Source: Mycolicibacterium smegmatis (GTDB taxonomy: Bacteria; Actinomycetota; Actinomycetes; Mycobacteriales; Mycobacteriaceae). Taken from it: DNA of 32,000 nt. A program made the translations under genes and the position numbers. Location of the stretch: NCBI RefSeq assembly GCF_001457595.1, contig NZ_LN831039.1, forward strand, positions 1,470,001 to 1,502,000. Reading direction: 5' to 3'. The notes under the pieces are model-generated. The model searched no databases and had not been told where the DNA came from. It saw only the letters and a list, made by a program, of their open reading frames with translations. Shown piece by piece: positions 25,347 to 32,000 of the stretch (position 1 is its first letter; each line of letters begins with the position of its first letter).

Positions 25347-25745
25347 CCCGCCAGATGGGATCACTTAACTTTGCTAGCTGATTAGCCGACGCTGGCGCGC
25401 TCACGTGTGGAGGCGCCGTCACCGGTGGTCGGCACGGCATCGGTGCGGCGACGGTTGGTGGGTGGCCGTGCATGTGATCCAGCGGAATTATCAGCCATTC
25501 TTGGCTCGCGAATCGATCCAGAACAGGCGTTTTGTAGCGACGGAGAAAGTTACCGTGTATTCCGCGACTGCCTGCGATTTCTCGGTTTGTGGGAAATTAG
25601 TGCGCGAACCAGGCCCTGAATGCATTCAATAAGATCAGCTATACATTTTGCCGCCCGCGTGTTAACCAAAATGCCGCCCAATCCGCCTGTGATTCAGCAC
25701 ACCCGAGAGGTACAGTGTGAGCACAGTCATAGAAAGGGCGAGCCA

Positions 25746-25895
25746 ATGGTTGGTGCATTTGTTGGCGTACTGATGCTGATTCTCGGCGTCGGTGCGGTTG
25801 CTGGTGTAGTCGTGGCCGTTTCGATGGGCTTGCCCACCCTGGCCATCGCGATCGGGCTGATCTCCGGCGCGTTCTTCGCCGGACGGGCGGTCTAA
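25746..25895 (+). CDS. possible 49-aa two-TM hydrophobic peptide
   Basis: MVGAFVGVLMLILGVGAVAGVVVAVSMGLPTLAIAIGLISGAFFAGRAV. The ATG is preceded by AGAAAGGG. GC3 is mixed. Its stop lies inside the IS target duplication. Confidence 0.35.
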   Translation: MVGAFVGVLMLILGVGAVAGVVVAVSMGLPTLAIAIGLISGAFFAGRAV

Positions 25896-25896
25896 A
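25892..25896. repeat. left copy of the 5-bp target-site duplication CTAAA
   Basis: An identical CTAAA directly abuts both IS ends (25892-25896 and 27558-27562). Confidence 0.65.
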
Positions 25897-25913
25897 CCTC
25901 GATCCACCGATGG
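25897..25913. repeat. IRL CCTCGATCCACCGATGG
   Basis: It matches the reverse complement of 27541-27557 (CCTCGATCCGTGGATCG) at 13 of 17 positions, including the first 9. Confidence 0.7.
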
Positions 25914-26016
25914 AAAGCCTGGATAGGCGGGTGTCGATATAAGGAAAGTGCCTTCTGAGCTGCGATGATGAGTGTTCCTTACGCACTTATCGGCACAACT
26001 TCGAAAGGCACTTCCG

Positions 26017-27420
26017 GTGAAAGTGTCGCACAACTTCATGGCTGCGTCTGCAGTGTTCGATGATGAGCATCTGGTGTCGTGCGCCGGCCTGGTGCCGGTG
26101 ATGACCCTGGCCAGCCAGACCGGGCTATCGGACCTGATCGCGGACAAGGTCGAAATCGTTGAACCGCGGATCAAGTCCGGCTCGGCCAATCCGTCACCGA
26201 AGCTGCTCACCGTGGTCGCCGGAATGTGCGCCGGCGCCGACAGCATCGACGACCTCGACCTCGTGCGCTCCGGTGGAATGAAAGCCCTCTTTGGCGGCGT
26301 GTACGCGCCCTCGACCATCGGAACACTGTTGCGGGAGTTCACCTTCGGACACGCACGCCAACTGGAAGCAGTGCTGCGTGAGCATCTGGGCGGGCTCTGC
26401 GAGCGCGTCGCGTTGCTACCCGGCGCCGATACCCAAGCGTTCGTCGACATCGATTCACTGCTGCGCCCGGTCTACGGCCACGCCAAACAAGGAGCCTCCT
26501 ACGGACACACCAAGATCGCCGGCAAGCAGATCCTGCGCAAAGGCCTCTCGCCGCTGATCACCACCATCAGCACCACCACGGGTGCCCCGATGATCACCGG
26601 AGCCCGGCTGCGGGCGGGCAAGACCAACTCCGGCAAGGGCGCAGCCCGGATGATCGCCCAAGCAGTCACCACCGCCCGCGCCGCCGGTGTCAACGGGCAG
26701 ATCCTGGTGCGCGGAGACTCGGCCTACGGCAACAGCACCGTGGTGGCCGCCTGCCGCCGCGCCGGCGCCCACTTCTCGCTGGTGCTGACCAAGACCCGCG
26801 CCGTCGCTGCGGCCATCGAGGCCATCAGCGATAACGCCTGGACCCCGGTCAACTACCCCGGCGCAGTGCGCGACCCCGACACCGGCGCCTGGATCTCCGA
26901 TGCCGAAGTCGCCGAAACCACCTACACCGCTTTCAGTTCCACCAACACCCCGGTCACCGCTCGGTTGATCGTGCGCCGGGTCAAAGACGCCCGATACCTC
27001 GATGCGCTGTTTCCGGTGTGGCGGTATCACCCCTTCTTCACCGATTCCGACGAACCCGTCGACGCCGCTGACATCACCCACCGCCGCCACGCCATCATCG
27101 AAACCGTGTTCGCCGACCTCATCGACGGACCTCTGGCGCATATGCCCTCAGGGCGCTTCGGCGCGAACTCGGCCTGGATCCTGTGCGCGGCGATCGCCCA
27201 CAACCTGCTGCGCGCCGCCGGGGTGCTCGCCGGCGGTGCCCATGCCCTCGCGCGCGGAGCCACACTGCGCCGCAAGATCGTCAACATCCCGGCTCGACTG
27301 GCTCGGCCCCAACGCCGACCCATCCTGCATCTACCCTCGCATTGGCCGTGGGCCCAGCAGTGGCTCACATTGTGGCGCAACACAATCGGCTACAGCCCGC
27401 CAACTGCTGCGACCCACTGA
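26017..27420 (+). CDS. IS1380-family DDE transposase
   Basis: VKVSHNFMAASAVFDDEHLVSCAGLVPVMTLA...LLTVVAGMCAGADSIDDLDLVRSGGM...YAPSTIGTLLREFTFGHARQL...DIDSLL...GDSAYG is the typical actinobacterial IS1380 transposase pattern. The GTG at 26017 is preferred; the track ORF starts at 25972. Confidence 0.9.
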   Translation: MKVSHNFMAASAVFDDEHLVSCAGLVPVMTLASQTGLSDLIADKVEIVEPRIKSGSANPSPKLLTVVAGMCAGADSIDDLDLVRSGGMKALFGGVYAPSTIGTLLREFTFGHARQLEAVLREHLGGLCERVALLPGADTQAFVDIDSLLRPVYGHAKQGASYGHTKIAGKQILRKGLSPLITTISTTTGAPMITGARLRAGKTNSGKGAARMIAQAVTTARAAGVNGQILVRGDSAYGNSTVVAACRRAGAHFSLVLTKTRAVAAAIEAISDNAWTPVNYPGAVRDPDTGAWISDAEVAETTYTAFSSTNTPVTARLIVRRVKDARYLDALFPVWRYHPFFTDSDEPVDAADITHRRHAIIETVFADLIDGPLAHMPSGRFGANSAWILCAAIAHNLLRAAGVLAGGAHALARGATLRRKIVNIPARLARPQRRPILHLPSHWPWAQQWLTLWRNTIGYSPPTAATH

Positions 27421-27540
27421 CCACCGGACCCACAGGCCCCGACCCGAACATCACAGGAAAAGCTGGGCAGACCAGCGGCTACAGGCTGCCCACGACCTGG
27501 GCGCACGACAAAAATCAGCCCCAAACAACCTCAACAGGGT

Positions 27541-27557
27541 CGATCCACGGATCGAGG
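27541..27557. repeat. IRR (reverse complement CCTCGATCCGTGGATCG)
   Basis: See IRL. Confidence 0.7.
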
Positions 27558-27562
27558 CTAAA
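27558..27562. repeat. right copy of the target-site duplication CTAAA (contains the recD stop codon)
   Basis: CTA at 27558-27560 is the TAG stop of recD on the minus strand. Confidence 0.65.
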
Positions 27563-29222
27563 CCCCCGCCGGCCGTAGCCGCTTGCGTAGTCCGGTGGCG
27601 CGCACCGCCTGCCGTTCTATCGCAGCGCGCACTTCCGCTTCCGCGCCCACGACGCGCACCCGCGTCTTGGCGCGGGTGACCGCGGTGTAGAACAACTCCC
27701 GCGTCAACAACCGCGAATCCTCCGACGGCAGCAGCACCGTCACCTCGTCGGCCTGGCTGCCCTGCGACTTGTGGATCGTCATGGCGTGCATGGTCTCGAC
27801 GTCGGTGAGGCGACCCGTCGCGAACGTTCCCGCATCGCCGATCACAGCCCGCATCCCGTCCGGTGTGGCGACGACGACGCCGGTGTCCCCGTTGTAGAGC
27901 TTGAGCCCATAGTCGTTGGCGGTCACCAGGATCGGACGCCCGACGTACCACGAACCCCACAGGGGTTCACCGGTTTCCTCACCGAGCCAGCGCTGCACCT
28001 GCCGGTTCCAGTGGTCGACGCCGGCCGGCCCCCGTCGGTGCGCGCACAACAACCGGTGCTCGTCGAGCGTCGCGAGCGCCTCACGCTGGTCACCGAGGAT
28101 CGCGGCCTGACGCAACCGCATCGCGTGCGGCACCACCACTTCGCGCAACTGCTCGACCGGATCCTCGTGCACCCACTCGATGTGCTCACCACCGGCCGCG
28201 AGAACCGCCAGGGCTGCGTCGGCGTCACCCGTGCGGATGGCCGACGCCAGCGCGCCGATCGACTCACCGAACCGGTGCGACGTCTTCAGCTCCGCGACAC
28301 CGCGCGAACCAAGACCCTCGACCAGGTCCGCCAGCACCGCGCCGGCCTCGACCGACGCCAACTGATCGGGATCGCCGACGAGCACCAGCCGTGTCTGCGG
28401 GCGCACGGCCTCCAACAACCGCGCCATCATGGTCAGCGACACCATCGACGTCTCGTCGACGACGATCACGTCGTGCGGCAACCGGTTGGCGCGGTGATGA
28501 CGGAACCGCGACGACGTATCGGGCCGCGGACCGAGCAGCCGGTGCAGCGTGGTGGCGTGCAGCCCGGTCAACCGCCTGCGCTCGATGAGGTCGAGCTGAT
28601 CGATTTCGAGCTGCACGGCCTCCTGCAACCGCGCGGCCGCCTTACCCGTCGGGGCCGCCAACGCGATGCGCGGCGACGGTTTCCCCGCGAGCGCGGCCTG
28701 CTCGGCCAGCAGCGCCAACAGCCGTGCCACGGTGGTCGTCTTGCCGGTGCCCGGCCCACCCGTCAACACCGTCAGGCCTTGTGAGAGTGCCACCTTCGCC
28801 GCCTCACGCTGCTCCTCGAAGCCCGCGCCGAACAGTCTCGACACATCCGGCACCGCACCGCCGGGCCGTACCGACACCAACGCCAGCACGTCGTCGCACA
28901 CCTGCTGCTCTTCGAGCCAGTAGCGGTCCAGATACAGCAGATCGCCGAACAGGCGCAGCACGGGTGGCGCACCGAGCAGGGGACTGGCCGCCAGCGCCGC
29001 CAGCCACGCATCGGGATCCGGCCACGGCAGATCCGGTAACTCGACCTGCCCGGCCACCGACCGCAGGTCCACACACACCGAACCGCCGCGCAGCGCGCGC
29101 ACCGCGAGGGCGACCGCGAGCTCGACCGATGCGTCCGGCTCACCGGCCAGCGCGGTCAGCCGTTGCGCCACATGCACATCGGCGGGTTCGAGGATCTCGG
29201 CGAACGCTTCGAGCAGGCTCAC
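27558..29222 (-). CDS. recD: exodeoxyribonuclease V alpha subunit (RecD helicase)
   Basis: Walker A is LTGGPGTGKTTT, Walker B is VIVVDETSMV, with LVGDPDQLASV and HAMTIHKSQGSQ also present. I place the start at GTG 29222, which overlaps the recB TGA (GTGA). The track extension to 29333 lies inside recB. Confidence 0.9.
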   Translation of the reverse strand: MSLLEAFAEILEPADVHVAQRLTALAGEPDASVELAVALAVRALRGGSVCVDLRSVAGQVELPDLPWPDPDAWLAALAASPLLGAPPVLRLFGDLLYLDRYWLEEQQVCDDVLALVSVRPGGAVPDVSRLFGAGFEEQREAAKVALSQGLTVLTGGPGTGKTTTVARLLALLAEQAALAGKPSPRIALAAPTGKAAARLQEAVQLEIDQLDLIERRRLTGLHATTLHRLLGPRPDTSSRFRHHRANRLPHDVIVVDETSMVSLTMMARLLEAVRPQTRLVLVGDPDQLASVEAGAVLADLVEGLGSRGVAELKTSHRFGESIGALASAIRTGDADAALAVLAAGGEHIEWVHEDPVEQLREVVVPHAMRLRQAAILGDQREALATLDEHRLLCAHRRGPAGVDHWNRQVQRWLGEETGEPLWGSWYVGRPILVTANDYGLKLYNGDTGVVVATPDGMRAVIGDAGTFATGRLTDVETMHAMTIHKSQGSQADEVTVLLPSEDSRLLTRELFYTAVTRAKTRVRVVGAEAEVRAAIERQAVRATGLRKRLRPAGV

Positions 29223-32000
29223 GACGCCTCCGCATCCAGCAGCTTCGACAGGGCCACCACCAGTTCGGCCGGCGGTTCCCAGCTGAACACCCCGGCCGGG
29301 TGCCCATCGACGACAGGGGTTGCGGGCCCGCACATGCCACGCACGAACAGGTACAGCACACCACCGAGATGCGTCGCCGGGTCGTAGCCAGGCAGCCGCC
29401 AGCCCAGATACCGGTGCAGCACAACTGCATACAGCAGCGCCTGCAGGGGATAGTCAGAATGCAGCATGGCCTCGACCATGCGGCGGCGCCCGTAGTCGGC
29501 CGCGGTCAGCGTGCCGTCGCCGGTGCCGAGCCAGTTGGTCTTGTAGTCGACGATGACGAACTTTTCGCCGACCCGCAGCACCGCGTCGACCGACCCGGAC
29601 AGATACCCGCGCAGCGGTTGCACTCCGAGGATGCCCGTGCCCAACCGCTCGGCATACACCGCCAGCGGATCGTCGGCGGGCAGGTACTCGCGCAGCAGTT
29701 CACCGACATCCGACAACCGCGCGAACCGCCCACCACGCAGATCTCCACCGGCCATCGGGAACTCGAAGTCCAACTCGCACAACCGGTCACGCAGTCCGAT
29801 CTGCCGCAACGTGAGGCCCGGCGCCAACGGCCCCAGCGGGGTGTCGTGCATGGGCACGAGCGCGGCGGCGAGCTCTGGCGTCTCGACCTCGACCGGCCAG
29901 TGCTGGGCATGGGCGTCGATGTGCGTCGCGAGTTCGGCGGTCAGATCCGCGGCGAGCGGATCGGCGGTCTCCAGCACGGCGTGGACGAGCGAACCGAACG
30001 CCGCACCCGTCGGCAGGTGCGCCATGGGAGAGGGCACGTCGGCACCCTCGGCCGGGGCGACCACGGGAATGTTGTCGAACTCGTCGTCGCGTTCGGTGAC
30101 CTCGGGTTCGCTCGACACCCCGACACCCGCGGCCTCGGCCGCACGCAACAGCCCCGAATAGGACGTGCGCTTCCACGCCATGTCGATCGCCCGCAAAAAC
30201 TTGCGGGCCGCCAGATCATCGGGCGCGGGTTCCGGTGGCATCGGGTTGACCGCACCGATCACCGATTCCTCGATAACCGGCCCACCGGCTGCCTCCCACG
30301 CCCGCAATCGTTCCAGCGCATCCTCATCCGAGATCTTGGGTGGCGAACACTTCTCGGGGACGGTCGCCTCCCCGGGCGCGCGGCCGCGCAAAAGCCGCGA
30401 CAGGCCGCCGTTGGGTTCGCCGTACGACGGCGCCCACCACGCGACCACCTGCGATTGGGCGCGGGTGAGCGCGACGTAGGTGAGCCGGCTGTCGTCGCCT
30501 GCGGCCTCGGTGCGCCCGGCACGGGCGACCGCCGGATCGGGCCCGCCGACATGCAGGCAACGCTGCCCGTCGTCGTGGAACAGCACGATATCCGGTTCGG
30601 GCACATGGCGATTGAACGCGAACGGCAGGTAGACGATGGGGAACTGCAGCCCCTTGCTCACCCACACGGTCATGATCTGCACGGCCGCCGCATCGCTGTC
30701 GAGACGACGGTTGCGTTCCGATTCGCCGCCCTTCTCCGAGCGCTGCGTGCGCAGCCAGTCGCGCAGCGCGGCCAGCCCGAAGCCGTCGCGGTGCGCGGTG
30801 TCCTGCAGCAACTGGGTCATGTGGGCGAGGTCGGTCATCAACCGCTCACCGCCCTGCCACGACAGCACACGCTTGCCCATACCGGCGAGTTGCGCGGCCT
30901 CGAAGATCGCGGCGACACCGCGCTCGCGGGCGTGCCCGGCCCATTCACGCAGCGTGTCGGCCACCCGGTCGGTGAGCGCATCACCGCCTGCGGCAAGGGT
31001 TTCCGCGGTCTCACCGAAGAACATGGTGGCGGCCGCGGCGCGCACCAGACCCGGCCGGTGCGGTTGGTCGAACGCCTCGAGCAGGTACAGCCAGTCCTCG
31101 GCGGCCTCGGAGGTGAACACATCCGAATCCCCGGTGTACACCGCGGGTATGCCCGCCGCGAGCAGCGCCGAGTGACAGGCCCTGGCGTCCTTGTGGGTCT
31201 CGGTGATCACCGCGATGTCCTTCGCCTGCACCGGTTCGTCGCACCACGTCGCGCCGCTCGCCAGCAGCGCCCCGATGTCGGCGGCCAGATCGCGGCCGAT
31301 GTGGCGGCGCAGCTGATCGATCGGGATCACCCTGTTGTTGCCCGGCTTTCGCGGCACCACACGCAACCGGAACGGGTCGTTGCGCGGTGCGCCGACCAGA
31401 CGGTGCCCCTGGTGATGAGCCTGCACGTCGTGCACCACGATGTCGGGTCCGCCGAGTTCGGCACCCCGCAGCACGGCCTGCAGGCGGTCGACCAGCGCGC
31501 GGTCGCTGCGCCAGTTGGTGCCCAGCGTCTGCTTGTCACCGGCCGTCGCGGCGGCCCGCAGATACGTCGCGATGTCACCACCGCGGAACGCGTAGATCGC
31601 CTGCTTGGGGTCACCGATGAGCACCAGTGTCGACCGCCCCGAGAACGCGCGCTCGATCACCTGCCACTGCACGGGATCGGTGTCCTGGAACTCGTCGACC
31701 ATCACGATCGGCCAGCGCTGTTGCATGCGCACCCGCGCCGGGGAGTCCTCGGGTTCCAGCGCGTCGGCAAGTCGTGTCAGCAGATCGTCGTAACCCAGCA
31801 CACCACGGCGGCGCTTGCGGATCTCCAACTCGGCGAGCACATCCCGCGCGAACTTGAGCCGCACCGCGGCGGGGGAATCGGGATCCGGTTCGCGCGGGCG
31901 TAGCTCGGTGGCCGGATTGCCGACGACCATGCGCGCGAGCTCGAGCGCCTCGGGATAGCTGAGCTCGGGATCGTCCTTCTGCCCGCCGAAGTGCGCGAGA
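29219..32000 (-). CDS. recB: exodeoxyribonuclease V beta subunit (RecB helicase-nuclease); 5' end beyond the window
   Basis: UvrD-type motifs are IVMVDEFQDTDPVQW and LIGDPKQAIYAFRGGD. The C-terminal RecB nuclease motif is GSVDAVLRVGEKFVIVDYKTN. The frame stays open upstream of the listed Met (31930) to the window edge, and the Walker A region is missing, so the gene is 5'-partial here. Confidence 0.9.
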   Translation of the reverse strand, partial: LAHFGGQKDDPELSYPEALELARMVVGNPATELRPREPDPDSPAAVRLKFARDVLAELEIRKRRRGVLGYDDLLTRLADALEPEDSPARVRMQQRWPIVMVDEFQDTDPVQWQVIERAFSGRSTLVLIGDPKQAIYAFRGGDIATYLRAAATAGDKQTLGTNWRSDRALVDRLQAVLRGAELGGPDIVVHDVQAHHQGHRLVGAPRNDPFRLRVVPRKPGNNRVIPIDQLRRHIGRDLAADIGALLASGATWCDEPVQAKDIAVITETHKDARACHSALLAAGIPAVYTGDSDVFTSEAAEDWLYLLEAFDQPHRPGLVRAAAATMFFGETAETLAAGGDALTDRVADTLREWAGHARERGVAAIFEAAQLAGMGKRVLSWQGGERLMTDLAHMTQLLQDTAHRDGFGLAALRDWLRTQRSEKGGESERNRRLDSDAAAVQIMTVWVSKGLQFPIVYLPFAFNRHVPEPDIVLFHDDGQRCLHVGGPDPAVARAGRTEAAGDDSRLTYVALTRAQSQVVAWWAPSYGEPNGGLSRLLRGRAPGEATVPEKCSPPKISDEDALERLRAWEAAGGPVIEESVIGAVNPMPPEPAPDDLAARKFLRAIDMAWKRTSYSGLLRAAEAAGVGVSSEPEVTERDDEFDNIPVVAPAEGADVPSPMAHLPTGAAFGSLVHAVLETADPLAADLTAELATHIDAHAQHWPVEVETPELAAALVPMHDTPLGPLAPGLTLRQIGLRDRLCELDFEFPMAGGDLRGGRFARLSDVGELLREYLPADDPLAVYAERLGTGILGVQPLRGYLSGSVDAVLRVGEKFVIVDYKTNWLGTGDGTLTAADYGRRRMVEAMLHSDYPLQALLYAVVLHRYLGWRLPGYDPATHLGGVLYLFVRGMCGPATPVVDGHPAGVFSWEPPAELVVALSKLLDAEAS

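Larger units (their letters stand above)
25897..27557 (+). mobile_element. IS1380-family insertion sequence, apparently intact (1661 bp)
   Basis: It has a single transposase ORF. Terminal inverted repeats begin with CC, and a 5-bp direct repeat flanks it. Size and architecture fit IS1380-family elements. Confidence 0.85.

Noticed and set aside
25513-25520. TCGATCCA 8-mer identical to the core of the IS left inverted repeat, 380 bp outside the element
   Set aside because: I considered an alternative outer IR, as in ISEcp1-like one-ended mobilisation of flanking DNA. The match is only 8 nt. The clean CTAAA duplication flanks the canonical ends. IS1380-family transduction normally involves the right end, not the left.
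25407-25619. 70-aa plus-strand ORF (and the overlapping 75-aa ORF) in the lower-GC islet
   Set aside because: There is no RBS, no GC3 bias and no recognisable motif. Coding status cannot be supported from sequence alone.
28724-31903. 1059-aa plus-strand ORF
   Set aside because: It is antisense to recD/recB, which carry complete helicase and nuclease motifs. The translation is extremely Arg/Pro/Gly-rich.
1-32000. Search for tRNA, rRNA, CRISPR arrays, defence-system genes and toxin-antitoxin pairs
   Set aside because: I saw no T-loop-like GGTTCGAATCC motifs, no regularly spaced repeats, and no nuclease/ATPase/methylase genes other than recBD. Essentially all sequence is accounted for by the listed genes.

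Overview
High-GC actinobacterial (Mycobacteriaceae-like) chromosomal window, almost entirely coding. All product calls rest on motifs I recognise by eye; no BLAST or HMM search was possible, so novelty cannot be asserted. No rRNA, tRNA or CRISPR array was seen.

Layout:
- 1-9874: a compact 2,5-dihydroxypyridine/maleamate-pathway (nic-like) island. It holds a CoxL/CoxM-type Mo-hydroxylase, an MFS transporter, an alpha/beta hydrolase, an isochorismatase-type amidase and a flavin monooxygenase on the minus strand. A MarR regulator follows, then a divergent NicX-like dioxygenase and a maleate isomerase.
- 9885-18246: housekeeping and envelope genes. These are an OPT transporter, a DUF2510 membrane protein, a 780-aa two-domain lipoprotein preceded by PHO-box-like repeats, MscS, a 120-aa membrane protein flanked by a 28-bp perfect palindrome and a partial copy, and prfC.
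- 18530-23409: a GntR-associated cluster of unknown function. It holds an ACS-type MFS, a single-Cys Asp/Glu-racemase-superfamily domain fused to a GAF-like domain, a CE4-fold hydrolase, GntR, and a divergent FAH-family gene.
- 23583-32000: an LdtMt2-like L,D-transpeptidase, small membrane ORFs and a lower-GC islet. An intact 1661-bp IS1380-family element with a CTAAA target duplication sits exactly at the recD stop codon, followed by recD and 5'-truncated recB.

The best candidate for something undescribed is the GntR cluster with the enzyme-GAF fusion. The palindrome pair around the 120-aa gene and the regulatory motifs are secondary leads.
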